DNA of 64,000 nt, taken from positions 245 through 64,244 of the IMG/VR virus record IMGVR_UViG_3300020171_000025. One strand, given 5' to 3'. The notes under the pieces are model-generated. The model saw nothing but the letters and a program-made list of their open reading frames with translations, did no database searches and had not been told where the DNA came from. Shown here in pieces: positions 1-9,639 of the stretch (position 1 is the first letter of the stretch; every line of letters starts with the position of its first letter). Source of the DNA: a virus (Duplodnaviria > Caudoviricetes). Position numbers and translations under genes: made by a program.

Positions 1-595
1 AGTAATTTCCGAATAACTCGATTATCTTTTTCTGCCCATTGGTATTTACAAAATCAGGACAATAATTTCCCAACGTGAATTGACCATTGCCGACATATTG
101 ATATGGTAATCGTTGATCTTGTAATATCATCTGGAGGAGCGTTTCCTTTTTGTTGGGCAATTTGCGTAAATGATTTCTAAACATTTTACCGACGATAATT
201 GGGTCATCCCACCGATGCCCTTTTTTGAAAGCACCAGAAGTAACCCTCGGAATCGAACCATCCTTTATTCCCAGTATCTTTGTTTGTGATATTTTATTTC
301 TGGTCTCCAAATCTCTGGGCTTGCCGATATTCCAAGGCTTTTTATTTTCCATCTCCCACCAGCTTTTACCAACGTAGCCCCTGCATTTTTTGCACAGTTT
401 ATATTTGCCTTGACTTTTTTTATTTCCACATTCAGGACAAACTCTCGTACCTGTCCAACTCGGATGATTGATCCCCTTGCGATTTCTACACATGCAGATC
501 ATACATTGTCGGGAAATCTTCGATTTAGGATTTCCACAAGTTGGACATAAATCATATTTGTCCGGTCTATCGTTAATAGCCTTTATGTTAGACAC
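1..595 (-). CDS. Free-standing Vsr/DUF559-like endonuclease with N-terminal Cys (zinc-ribbon) repeats and a NUMOD3-like segment; truncated by the window edge
   Basis: Not in the ORF track. Manual translation from GTG at 595 stays open to base 1: CPTCGNPK..CMIC, CPECGNKK..CKKC, PWNIGKPRDLETRNKISQTK, then YVGNGQFTLGNYCPDFVNTNGQKKIIELFGNY (PD..E.G.YW(H) pattern). Confidence 0.7.
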   Translation of the reverse strand, partial: MSNIKAINDRPDKYDLCPTCGNPKSKISRQCMICMCRNRKGINHPSWTGTRVCPECGNKKSQGKYKLCKKCRGYVGKSWWEMENKKPWNIGKPRDLETRNKISQTKILGIKDGSIPRVTSGAFKKGHRWDDPIIVGKMFRNHLRKLPNKKETLLQMILQDQRLPYQYVGNGQFTLGNYCPDFVNTNGQKKIIELFGNY

Positions 596-905
596 TTTGA
601 TCGTCGTATGAGGCTTGCAACTTACCGTCTGCTGCCCTCTGGATAGAGATGATCTTGAATTGAGCGGAAACAGGGGAAGTCTTTACATATCCCCTTGCAG
701 TATCTGCTATAGCGTCAAGATTTGTCTTTGCAACTCCAGCCGCAAGCTCTGTATTCGTTATCTCTCCCGTACCAATCGGACGGGCCGCCGTAGACACACA
801 ACTTGCCCTTGTGATTTGCGTAGAAGCGGAGTTGATCTTCCCAACAATTTGATCGTCGGTATAACTCGCTGCGTTCGGATCTAAACTAAGTGTTTGTATC
901 GCCAT
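588..905 (-). CDS. Small virion structural protein
   Basis: 105 aa, Ala/Thr/Ser-rich, GGAGG RBS, lies in the tail module. C-terminus (KIISIQRAADGKLQASY) resembles that of the neighbouring ORF. Confidence 0.6.
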   Translation of the reverse strand: MAIQTLSLDPNAASYTDDQIVGKINSASTQITRASCVSTAARPIGTGEITNTELAAGVAKTNLDAIADTARGYVKTSPVSAQFKIISIQRAADGKLQASYDDQSV

Positions 906-917
906 CTTAATTTCCTC

Positions 918-1124
918 CTATGGGGTTGGTATATCGCTGTATTCAACAACGAGTTTCCCGGTATCGGGGTCTACATATAAATTGGTTACTTTACATTTTC
1001 CTTGTGGGGGAACAGACATAGGAGGACCGGTAGGGCCGGTTTCTCCACTTTCTCCTGGTGGACCAACTTTCCCCTGTTTACCTACAAATAATGAAAATCT
1101 ATTTGGGCTTAACGGCGTTACCAT
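918..1124 (-). CDS. Short collagen-like (G-X-Y) virion protein
   Basis: GKQGKVGPPGESGETGPTGPP followed by KVTNLYVDPDTGKLVVEY. Confidence 0.7.
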   Translation of the reverse strand: MVTPLSPNRFSLFVGKQGKVGPPGESGETGPTGPPMSVPPQGKCKVTNLYVDPDTGKLVVEYSDIPTP

Positions 1125-2090
1125 TTACCTGTTCCTTCTCTGAATCGGGTCTACTAAGATCCTGAGCGAATCTATGTCAAATGAAGCCCCCTCCCTATTC
1201 TTAAGCCCGAAGGACAAGAACCTTTCCTTAATCCCTCTCGCAATCTTTACCCTCTCTTCGTGCATCCGGTCATGGATATGGGTCAGATTGCTTGTCCATT
1301 CATCGTGCTCACCTAAGACGATATAGAGTTGTAATTGACCATCTGCCCTGTACCCTACCCATGCTTCTCTTGCGTATTTCAGGATATCAAGCCCGAAGTC
1401 CTCAACCGGCCATTCGATCTGAGACTTGATACTCGTCCCGTTATCAGTTTTCCCACCTAACTCATAAATGCCGTTTGTACCAATACCACTGGAATTGGCG
1501 CCTATGTACTTATCGTTCAGGTATCCAAAACTATTGAAATTGAAATCCGTATATTCGGTTACGGCGTAATTGGAGGTATTGACGACTACTCCACGGTAAA
1601 GGATCGTAACGGGAATGGAATGCCCGAAAGCCTCTGTAGTCCAGAGAGGCATCGTTTTAGCGACGGTTCCATGCCCCTGAACAGTTCCCGTGGCCGAAGT
1701 ACGCCAAAGAGGAAGATAGACCGATATAGAACCGGCCTCAATAGCCCTCCCCCTTGCCAACGTCTGCCATACGGGAATGTGTGTAGACGCACTCCCACGA
1801 GCACTTAACCCGTAGGCAATAGTTGACCAGAGGGGAATGTGAGTTGAGGCAGTACCTAACTCATATGCTTTCCCTGTGGCCGAAACTCTCCAAACGGTTA
1901 GCTGTGTGCTGGCACTACCTGAACGTGTCGCCCCTTCAGCTTCCGTAGTCCATAAGGGCATATCTACGGTGTGTATTGCCGGGGCAACGTTTTCGGTAGT
2001 CCAAAGAGTAAGGTCTACATCAGCTTGAGCACCACCACGAGCAACCGTTTGCCAAACCGTTAGGGTACTATACCCGTAGTTAAAGGCCAT
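1125..2090 (-). CDS. Tail protein with N-terminal ~20-aa repeats
   Basis: About 8 repeats of [LIM][PT][LV]W.T.A.G, then a domain starting AVTEYTDFNFNSF; tail-module position. Confidence 0.7.
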   Translation of the reverse strand: MAFNYGYSTLTVWQTVARGGAQADVDLTLWTTENVAPAIHTVDMPLWTTEAEGATRSGSASTQLTVWRVSATGKAYELGTASTHIPLWSTIAYGLSARGSASTHIPVWQTLARGRAIEAGSISVYLPLWRTSATGTVQGHGTVAKTMPLWTTEAFGHSIPVTILYRGVVVNTSNYAVTEYTDFNFNSFGYLNDKYIGANSSGIGTNGIYELGGKTDNGTSIKSQIEWPVEDFGLDILKYAREAWVGYRADGQLQLYIVLGEHDEWTSNLTHIHDRMHEERVKIARGIKERFLSFGLKNREGASFDIDSLRILVDPIQRRNR

Positions 2091-2108
2091 GTTACCCCCA
2101 GTTTAGAC

Positions 2109-2885
2109 TTATTCGGAAGCCGGGAAGGTGGTTGTATAATTGTCAATCGTATAGGTCTGGGCAGCGGTAAAAGTCGTTGTGGAGAGTTGCAATTCGCCCG
2201 TACCCACACCGCAAGTACCCTGGACCCGTACTTGTGTCGTGCTGAGAGCACCCGTGTCATAGGTCGTCACTAAACGGTAATATCCAGCCGTCCCGGTTGC
2301 AGCAGCCACACCCGACCATGTTTGGGCAGTATCCTTTGAGATTACACCGGAGGCAGCCCGTCCGAACCGGATACAGTCATTAGCGGAAGTCTGTAAACTG
2401 TCCGCAAAGGTAGTAACAGCAGCGGTAGCCCCTGCGTTTAGAGAGATTGCGAGAGATTGATTGGAGGGAGCTTCAACCTGAAGAACCGCAGTTGCACTTG
2501 TGGCTCCAACCCTTAGACCAACATCCTGAAGTAGACCGGCAACCTTTTTGGCTACTTTGATGCAAGTACCGGCTATGGCTGCGGTCACGGTATAGGTGTT
2601 GGTGGTAATGGTCGTCCCACCACCTATGACAACATCATAAATATGAATGTTGCCTGTGGCAGACAAAGCAATCGTGGTCTTCACAACTTCTCCCCAGCCC
2701 GGCAGAAGGTCGGTTGTGGCACTTGAAAGCGTGTAGGTGCAGAGGAGTGTTCCCGTCTCCGCAGCATCAGCCGTAGCGGGAGCCGTGCCGGAATAGACCT
2801 TTAATACCGCATCTTCCATAGCCTGAGCAAATGAACCCCGGCTTAAACAATAAGTCCGTAATCCTGTAGAATACATTTCGGCCAT
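2109..2885 (-). CDS. Virion structural (tail) protein
   Basis: LKVYSGTAPATADAAETGTLL..TGTAGYYRL..RVQG.CG is a pattern common in phage tail proteins; GGAGG RBS. Confidence 0.7.
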   Translation of the reverse strand: MAEMYSTGLRTYCLSRGSFAQAMEDAVLKVYSGTAPATADAAETGTLLCTYTLSSATTDLLPGWGEVVKTTIALSATGNIHIYDVVIGGGTTITTNTYTVTAAIAGTCIKVAKKVAGLLQDVGLRVGATSATAVLQVEAPSNQSLAISLNAGATAAVTTFADSLQTSANDCIRFGRAASGVISKDTAQTWSGVAAATGTAGYYRLVTTYDTGALSTTQVRVQGTCGVGTGELQLSTTTFTAAQTYTIDNYTTTFPASE

Positions 2886-2898
2886 GTCAATATCCTCC

Positions 2899-3873
2899 TT
2901 ACGCCGCCGTCCCCGTCGCTGAGACGGTCCAAAGTGGTATCAGTGTTTCTGCCGTAGCTCCGCCAACCCCCGACATTAATTCGTAGACCATCAGGTATTG
3001 GCCGAACCCTCTATCCTCTCGGTAAATAGCCGTTGTCTTAACCGTCTCATCAGGTGGAACGTAATGCTTCCATGTTAGGTTTTTTACCTGTCCACCGTTC
3101 AAGCCGATATAGGTCCCTTCTTCACTTGTCCAGTAAACCGCCGTCCCTAAAGTCCCTTCCGATACCTCTTCCCCTCCTACCTTAATTGCACTCCCCTTAA
3201 AGGCAGGGGTTTCCGCAACCTTCAGGAGTGTCCATTCATCAGGGTCTAATCCACCCGCAAAGTAAGTGCCTCGTCCTGTGCTCAGGTACATCCCGTTAGT
3301 GACGGATTTCATCATGGTGATTTCACCGTCTACCTGTTTGAAGTTTCTGCGAAGGTCACAGGAATTGAAGAATAGGGGGTCGGAGTAGAATATGACGTTT
3401 CCTCTTGCCGTGTAGATCCTTGCATTGAAATATTCGATCAATTGGCCGGCAGGGAGAATAGACTTAAATTCCTGTCCTGGATCTGTAAATGCCGTTGCTA
3501 CACTGTTCTTAATCTTCCCTATTACCGTCCCGTTGGTGTAATAGATGTTCCCGTTGACATAGACGAAATCCATGTCAGCCGTAGCACTAAGACCTGATAG
3601 CAGGACTGTCTCTCCGTAAGTGGTACTGATCTTGCATAGGTTCCCATCTCTCATAGCCAGAGAAAAATCTATGCCAAGATTCATTTTGGGCCAGAGACAC
3701 CGATAACTCCCTGTGGCCTTCAATTCTTCTCCTAACCGCATGGAGAGCATACCGGTATCTGAGATATCGACGTTGATAGCCATCTTCAGATATCCAGGTG
3801 GAATCCTGATCGGGTCAGACTGGTCGATACCCTTAAACCCCTGATATTTTAGAAATGGAACGAGTCCTGCCAT
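2899..3873 (-). CDS. Tail nozzle/tube-like beta-rich protein
   Basis: FKGI..A.NVDI.D.G.L..R.G start and YFNARIYTARGNVIFYSDP; directly downstream of the adaptor. Confidence 0.65.
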   Translation of the reverse strand: MAGLVPFLKYQGFKGIDQSDPIRIPPGYLKMAINVDISDTGMLSMRLGEELKATGSYRCLWPKMNLGIDFSLAMRDGNLCKISTTYGETVLLSGLSATADMDFVYVNGNIYYTNGTVIGKIKNSVATAFTDPGQEFKSILPAGQLIEYFNARIYTARGNVIFYSDPLFFNSCDLRRNFKQVDGEITMMKSVTNGMYLSTGRGTYFAGGLDPDEWTLLKVAETPAFKGSAIKVGGEEVSEGTLGTAVYWTSEEGTYIGLNGGQVKNLTWKHYVPPDETVKTTAIYREDRGFGQYLMVYELMSGVGGATAETLIPLWTVSATGTAA

Positions 3874-3874
3874 G

Positions 3875-4780
3875 TTAGAGACACCCAGCTCTTGGAGTTG
3901 CGGTATGATCGTAATTGTGCATCCTTAACCTTTGGGCATTGATCTTTCCCTTTGACTCTTCAAATAGCCCTCTGTGGTATTCAGCCTTATTCTTGTCGTA
4001 ACCCTCTGAGTCCTGTTTTAAGTAGGCCCTCTTTGCCATGCCGTCTAAGAGGTATCCGTGAAAAGAAGACTTGATTTCAGGAGAAGCCGTCGATATTGTG
4101 GCTGTAGTAAGGGGAGTTGCGGGGAGACGGTTGACGACAAGGAGGGCCGTATCCTCAACTTTTCTCAGAGTGGCACTTTTTAAGTCTTCTGTGGCTAAGG
4201 CCCCTACCGTGGTCATCGTGGTAGTGCCGACAGTGGCAAGGGTAAAATAACCGTTATTAAGAGTCGTTCCAGAAATGTTGATCTCATCCCCTACGGCGTA
4301 ATGGGCAGTAAAGGTTTCCAATGGTTTGGTTATGGTATTCGTCGTAACGGCAAATGAGATATTGGAGACCCCTATCACTTCCCCATCGGTATTGAATTTA
4401 GGGTAGAAAGTGATATATCCTGTGTAGGCATCGGGAATCATAATGTAGGGTGTTCCCGTTCCTGCCCTCCAATTCGATACCCTGTGATCGAGATAGTTTT
4501 CGTCCTTCTCTGTGTATGGGCTTCCGGTATCGCTCGATCTACCACTAATGACGTTCACAATCTTCTCACTCATAGCGTAAGATCCAACATTGGAGAGCAA
4601 CTTGATATTGCAGATGGAGGTGGTAGTCTCATCCTTTATAACCATACACTCGCTACAGATTTCGTTTTCCGCTTCATTTGCATAGAAAACTTTTTCGCTA
4701 ACACTCCAAAGTGGACGGTCTGTATCGGTATCGTCAAGGATTGAAGAACTCAATAAATCAATGATCTCTTGCCACGTCAT
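3875..4780 (-). CDS. Head-tail adaptor protein
   Basis: LDD...LWS..E...Y.NEAE.EIC and PEI...H..L.D....RAYLKQD.E.YD motifs of podoviral adaptors, with an inserted beta-rich domain. Confidence 0.7.
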   Translation of the reverse strand: MTWQEIIDLLSSSILDDTDTDRPLWSVSEKVFYANEAENEICSECMVIKDETTTSICNIKLLSNVGSYAMSEKIVNVISGRSSDTGSPYTEKDENYLDHRVSNWRAGTGTPYIMIPDAYTGYITFYPKFNTDGEVIGVSNISFAVTTNTITKPLETFTAHYAVGDEINISGTTLNNGYFTLATVGTTTMTTVGALATEDLKSATLRKVEDTALLVVNRLPATPLTTATISTASPEIKSSFHGYLLDGMAKRAYLKQDSEGYDKNKAEYHRGLFEESKGKINAQRLRMHNYDHTATPRAGCL

Positions 4781-4900
4781 CGTTTACCCCTTTTTCTTCT
4801 TCAAGAATCCAGTCAACAAATTCCTTCCTTAGCCAGCCGTAGGATACGGCCTTAGCAAGAATTTCTGCCTTTACCTCTTCATCCATCTCAATCCAGTGGT

Positions 4901-6238
4901 TCATCTTTTAAACATCCGAGCATTACCAACTTGTTCAAATTGCGTGTACCCGTACTCTTCAAGCAACTTGGTCAGATCGTCCCACCCCAACTCGAAAATG
5001 TGGGTTCCCCAATAGTCCGTCCAGTTGACTTCGGGGGTTGTCGCCTTGAAGTCAGAATCGATGTAGATAAATTTGATGGGATAGTCCTGCGCTTTGATCG
5101 CTTCAAGAATTGCCCTGAAATTCCCGGCCTTCATGTGTTCGAGGGAATGAGACATAAACAGGACATTGTAGAGTGTGTAATCGAATGGAGTATCCCAGAT
5201 GTAATTGTCGAGAACTCTTGCATTGTATCGTTCATTCTTACAAAGAGTGTTTTTAACGGCATCTTCGCAGATTTCGACATTAACCCATGAATAGACTTTA
5301 TCGAAATTATCCAGTACATCTCCACCCACAACCCCTGTCCATCCTCCAATCTCAAGTACATCATCTAAATTAGACAAAGCGGTAGTGATTTCGTAAACTG
5401 GAAACACCCTTCCGAAAAACTTCTTTATCGCTTCCCAATTAAACCGGTTCTGATTCGGGAATTGCTTACAGATAGCGTTATAAAACTCCTTCTGCTTCTC
5501 ATACGATATCTCGTCGTAGTTTTTTCTCCATGTGTTAAAAATCTCTAACCACGCATCCCTCCCCTGTGACTCCTGATACCCACTTTCTACGGGACAACAG
5601 ATTTCATGTGTCCATGTTCCGTCAGGGTTTCTTTTAGGCCATGCCGTTGCATGGGTTGTATGACCGATATGGTTATCGAGGTCTAACCACATCTTGAATC
5701 CCACTTCCCTTACCTTCTCGCAAAGGTACAAATCAGACCCACCCGCTTCAACATGGGTTTTACCGTTCTCAAACCAGGGGTCGGTAAGGGTTCCCAAAAG
5801 ATTCTTTTTCATCAAAGTACCGGCGTTTCCAATCGTGTAGTCTGTGGCATCCCAGATGCCGGTTTTGCCATCAAAGACGGATTTCGGAATACGTCTATAC
5901 CCGTTCTTAGCCGACCCGTGGACAACCGTATCAAAGGGTTCCGCCCTGCGTAAACAAAACGGAGTGATCATGTCAACATTACGCTCCAATAGCTTTACTA
6001 ACAGGTCCGGTTTAAACACATGATCATCGCCTAAGATCCATAACCACTCGTACCCTTTCTTAAGGGTAAGCCTTACCAACTCGTTAAAGTTTTGGGCTAT
6101 GTTTACCCCTAACGCCCATTCAATGTATGTTCCCGAAGGAGCGATAATGTTTTTCAGACAAACATCAAATTCACGGTATCGTCCCAGAAACGAACTCGTA
6201 ATCCCAATGACCCCCTTTTTGTAACCACTTAAATCCAT
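4901..6238 (-). CDS. GT2-type glycosyltransferase fused to a class I SAM-methyltransferase-like domain
   Basis: N-terminal half: EWLWILGDDH (DxD-like), GSDLYLC, GF..WLD....GH. C-terminal half: VLEIGGWTG, VEIC, SHSLEHM. Start placed at ATG 6238, downstream of a terminator. Confidence 0.8.
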   Translation of the reverse strand: MDLSGYKKGVIGITSSFLGRYREFDVCLKNIIAPSGTYIEWALGVNIAQNFNELVRLTLKKGYEWLWILGDDHVFKPDLLVKLLERNVDMITPFCLRRAEPFDTVVHGSAKNGYRRIPKSVFDGKTGIWDATDYTIGNAGTLMKKNLLGTLTDPWFENGKTHVEAGGSDLYLCEKVREVGFKMWLDLDNHIGHTTHATAWPKRNPDGTWTHEICCPVESGYQESQGRDAWLEIFNTWRKNYDEISYEKQKEFYNAICKQFPNQNRFNWEAIKKFFGRVFPVYEITTALSNLDDVLEIGGWTGVVGGDVLDNFDKVYSWVNVEICEDAVKNTLCKNERYNARVLDNYIWDTPFDYTLYNVLFMSHSLEHMKAGNFRAILEAIKAQDYPIKFIYIDSDFKATTPEVNWTDYWGTHIFELGWDDLTKLLEEYGYTQFEQVGNARMFKR

Positions 6239-6254
6239 GGATTTAGCCCCCTGT

Positions 6255-6290
6255 TTAAAAGTTAGGTGGAGAGGACGAACCCCCTCCACC
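6255..6290 (-). terminator. Intrinsic terminator
   Basis: Minus strand GGTGGAGGGG-GTTCGT-CCTCTCCACC followed by TAACTTTT. Confidence 0.6.
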
Positions 6291-6303
6291 AATTGAAATG
6301 TGT

Positions 6304-8244
6304 TTACAGTGCTCCACCTGCACCGGCAGCAACCGTAGCACCGGCCTCAAGTGGTTCCCACCAGCAGAGAAAACGGAGGTTCCCGGCGGTAGTTGCACTC
6401 GTAATCGTATAACCAATGTCAAGATTCGTAATGACATCAATGACATGGTTATAGGCCAGGTTTTTGGTATTGGACACTGAGGACGCATGAAACCAATATT
6501 CACCCGTGTCTATACCTACTCCAGTTGTGTTGGCAATCAAACCATTGGTTGTTATTGAATCACCCAATCTAAAAAGACCACCGGCAGAACAAGCTATGCC
6601 CGTTGTGCAATAAGGGATAATTCTGATACGGTTCGTACCAGACACCGCAAGAATCTCGTGGGCAGTCTTAGCGTTCCATGTGGCACTTGTCATAAGGGCA
6701 TTGACGGCAAGGTGCCTTGAATTGGTAGAAATGGCCGCATCCTGCACGCCGACAAGACCTTTTAGGTAAGACATTGCACTCAGGGTATCCGCAGCAGTAT
6801 ATTTTGCCACATCTGTTTTGTTACCAATAACATCATTCACGAAACCGTTCGCAGTGGCTGACTGGGCCGGTACAGTAATTTTACTGATCACACCTTTGAG
6901 GTAAGACAATGCACTGACCGTAGTAGAAACGGCAGTTCGGGTAGGATCAATTTTGTTGCCCACTACGTCATTAACAAAAGCATTCGTAGTGGCAGACTGA
7001 GCCGGAACTGTTATCTTTCCGATAATACCCTTTAGGTAGGATAATGCGCTCACGGTATTGGACGATGCGGTTCGAGCGGGATCAGTCTTATTACCTACCA
7101 CATCGTTGACAAAACCGTTTGCTGTAGCAGATTGAGCGGGAACGGTAATCTTGCTGACAATGCCTTTCAGGTATGAAAGGGCACTTACCGTACTTGAGGA
7201 CGCTGTTCTGACAGGATCAGTCTTGTTGCCGACGACATCCCTTACAGTTGTATTAGTCGTTGCAGACTGAGCAGGAACATCAAAGTATCCATCGACGACA
7301 TCAATTTTGCCTTCAACACCTGTAGAAACCGCTGTTCCAATAGGATCGCCAGAATATCCATCCGTGGTAAACCCTTCGCAGTCATTTCCCCACTGAATCT
7401 TTCCTACACTTGTAACGTAGGTTGATCCAGAGGCAACCCTTGACTTCACGTTCTTTGCAAATCCAGTCGTGTTGGAGTGGATATTTAGGCCGGGAAGAGG
7501 ACCGGTATTGGTATTGTTCACGTAGACGTTTTCGAGAATCACGTTTGTTAATGCAGCCGTGCTCTCGATAGGGGCTACGTTGAAATCACCATCGATCTGG
7601 ATATTTTTCAGTTCGATGTGATCTCCACCGGCAAGTTGAATGTTAGAGTGCTTCTGTGTACCCGTTGTGGACGGAACATACTTCCAACCGTTGATCTTTA
7701 AACGGTCAGCCGCCGAAGAAGCGACAAGGGCATGCGTGACACCCAATCCAGCCGCATCACGCCATTCCACGTTATTGAATGTAACATCAGCCGCAGTGAC
7801 ATGAAGGGGGGTTGAAAGGGCATCGATAGCCGACACGAACAAAGGATTGTTAAGGGTGACGCCGGTAGCAGAAAAGTTGATATCAGACAAAACTACCGCA
7901 CCCGTACCGAAATTGACCTTTGCCCTGCTTGCACCACTTCCTAAGAAATGGACGGTTACACCGATCTTACTGAACGCTCCACCGGCAGCCGCAATAACGG
8001 ACTCCACATGACCGGGAAGGCAAAAAATATGATCCCCGTGACTTGCAGTACAAAGCGCATGAGCACCGGAAGTACCGAAGATCGTAGCCTTAGCCGAATT
8101 GGGTGTAAGGCCATCATTACCGTCACTCCCGTGGACAGAATCGACGTACAGTTTCTTGCCCTTTGTAACTACGTTGGTGACGGCACCATTGCCTAAAATA
8201 TTGTCAACGTTAAGTTGACCTACTGACAATTCCTCGTATCTCAT
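6304..8244 (-). CDS. Head fibre/decoration protein with a beta-helix-like domain and four 45-aa repeats
   Basis: YVDSVHGSDGNDGLTP..AKATI opening typical of beta-helix proteins; AAGGAG RBS before ATG 8244; adjacent to capsid genes. Confidence 0.7.
   Translation of the reverse strand: MRYEELSVGQLNVDNILGNGAVTNVVTKGKKLYVDSVHGSDGNDGLTPNSAKATIFGTSGAHALCTASHGDHIFCLPGHVESVIAAAGGAFSKIGVTVHFLGSGASRAKVNFGTGAVVLSDINFSATGVTLNNPLFVSAIDALSTPLHVTAADVTFNNVEWRDAAGLGVTHALVASSAADRLKINGWKYVPSTTGTQKHSNIQLAGGDHIELKNIQIDGDFNVAPIESTAALTNVILENVYVNNTNTGPLPGLNIHSNTTGFAKNVKSRVASGSTYVTSVGKIQWGNDCEGFTTDGYSGDPIGTAVSTGVEGKIDVVDGYFDVPAQSATTNTTVRDVVGNKTDPVRTASSSTVSALSYLKGIVSKITVPAQSATANGFVNDVVGNKTDPARTASSNTVSALSYLKGIIGKITVPAQSATTNAFVNDVVGNKIDPTRTAVSTTVSALSYLKGVISKITVPAQSATANGFVNDVIGNKTDVAKYTAADTLSAMSYLKGLVGVQDAAISTNSRHLAVNALMTSATWNAKTAHEILAVSGTNRIRIIPYCTTGIACSAGGLFRLGDSITTNGLIANTTGVGIDTGEYWFHASSVSNTKNLAYNHVIDVITNLDIGYTITSATTAGNLRFLCWWEPLEAGATVAAGAGGAL
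6760..7280 (-). repeat. Four intragenic tandem repeats, 135-nt (45-aa) period
   Basis: VPAQSAT.N..V.DV[VI]GNK.D......T[VL]SA[LM]SYLKG; the VPAQS anchor recurs near 7265, 7130, 6995 and 6860. Confidence 0.9.
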
Positions 8245-8346
8245 TTCGTTTTCTCCTTGTGGGACCAATTCACATGGCGTGGTCCTTCAACCATGCTACG
8301 GTTAAGTACAAGGAGGGTACGAAGAGTACCCCCCTTCAGGACAGGT

Positions 8347-8793
8347 TTACGACACATAAATCGTCTCTGTGGATTGGACCGCCGAATTGACGACTGCCAC
8401 AAATAAGTCTATGACAGCCGTGGTAGCATTGGCACCGCCAATGACGATATCCACCGTCCCTGCAACCTCGTACCATTTGTGGACGGTCGAGGTGTTGGCG
8501 GGAATAACCGCCGTACCAGCAGCACCCGAAGTGGCACCCGTAGTAATCGCTGTAATACTTGCCGCTGTACTTGCGAAGTTGACTGTGACAGTGGCTCCAC
8601 CGGCATCCAAGGTAACGATCTCGTACCATGCCGTTAACGCCAATGTGTTGATGGGGATGTTAAAGACGTGGTATGTGGTTCCACTAACCCAAGGTTTTGC
8701 CGTGGTAGCAGTGATCCTCTGTTGAAGGACACTTACTTTGTTTTCTCCAGCGAAGGGAAAACCCGCATGGCTTGAAGTGATATCTGTTCCCAT
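8347..8793 (-). CDS. Capsid decoration/cement-like protein
   Basis: 148-aa beta-rich ORF immediately downstream of the major capsid gene; strong AGGAGG RBS. Confidence 0.65.
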   Translation of the reverse strand: MGTDITSSHAGFPFAGENKVSVLQQRITATTAKPWVSGTTYHVFNIPINTLALTAWYEIVTLDAGGATVTVNFASTAASITAITTGATSGAAGTAVIPANTSTVHKWYEVAGTVDIVIGGANATTAVIDLFVAVVNSAVQSTETIYVS

Positions 8794-8835
8794 ATTTACT
8801 GACCTCCTTAAATTAAAGTGTTACGTTTAAATTGC

Positions 8836-9639
8836 TTATGTAAGAACCGGCCTTCCGTACAGGCAACCCAGGGCCTCTTCCTTAATCACCTTGAACCCGA
8901 AGACGTTAAGACCGGCCATTAACTGACCGAAGGTTGTTTCAGGCTGCGGGATGAACTTTGTTTCGGTGTACTGCGAAGCGAAGGTCAATGCCATCGGATG
9001 TCCGAAGATCATGTTGTAGGCATAGGCCGAACCTTCCAAGGTTTTCTCTAAAAGGTTGCTTGTGTAGATCGTGAATCGGTCAACCCTTCCAAGCCTTCCG
9101 TTTCTTAACGTTGAAACGTTGTCTCCGGTAAGGGAAGCATCCTTGATATCAGAGGTCTTCAGAAGCACAGCCGCTATTGAAGGAATCAGCAAGAAACGGT
9201 CTGTCTCAGGCACATTCTCCTCGTCAAGAACTCCACCTGCGTAGCAGATGTAGTTGATGATATTGGAACGGCTGATATCGACAGGGGAAGTGGACTCACC
9301 AAGATTGTAGGCAGCGCAAACGTGTCCGGCTGTCGTTCCTTTGTTTGAAGCATGGGCAGAACCATCCAACGTAGGAAGAACGGTTTCCTCAATCGCCTTC
9401 TTCATCCGGTAGGTGGCATCCTCGGCCCACTTGTCCATTAACTTAATGTCAGACTGATACCGGTCAATGTTGTCGATCTTGAATGCCCATTTCTTAGCGT
9501 AGTCAATCGTCAACTCAATGTCCGGTGATTCGATGTTCTCATACGTGATCGTATCGTTCTTGTGATAGTCGCTAACAGTCACATCCCCAATAGTGCGGAT
9601 GTAAACCTTATCACCTAATTTCTTGATCTCCCCTTCATA
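8836..9639 (-). CDS. Major capsid protein, exon 2
   Basis: YEGEIKKLGDKVYIRT..LTID..K..AFKIDNID..QSDI..GVLDEENVP...RFLLIP..FGFKVI. Joins exon 1 in frame to give NTD|YEGEI (313 aa in total). Confidence 0.92.
   Translation of the reverse strand, partial: YEGEIKKLGDKVYIRTIGDVTVSDYHKNDTITYENIESPDIELTIDYAKKWAFKIDNIDRYQSDIKLMDKWAEDATYRMKKAIEETVLPTLDGSAHASNKGTTAGHVCAAYNLGESTSPVDISRSNIINYICYAGGVLDEENVPETDRFLLIPSIAAVLLKTSDIKDASLTGDNVSTLRNGRLGRVDRFTIYTSNLLEKTLEGSAYAYNMIFGHPMALTFASQYTETKFIPQPETTFGQLMAGLNVFGFKVIKEEALGCLYGRPVLT

Noticed and set aside
1-595. Frameshifted endonuclease pseudogene
   Set aside because: Recounting the homopolymers shows one open frame; it is missing from the track only because it runs off the window.
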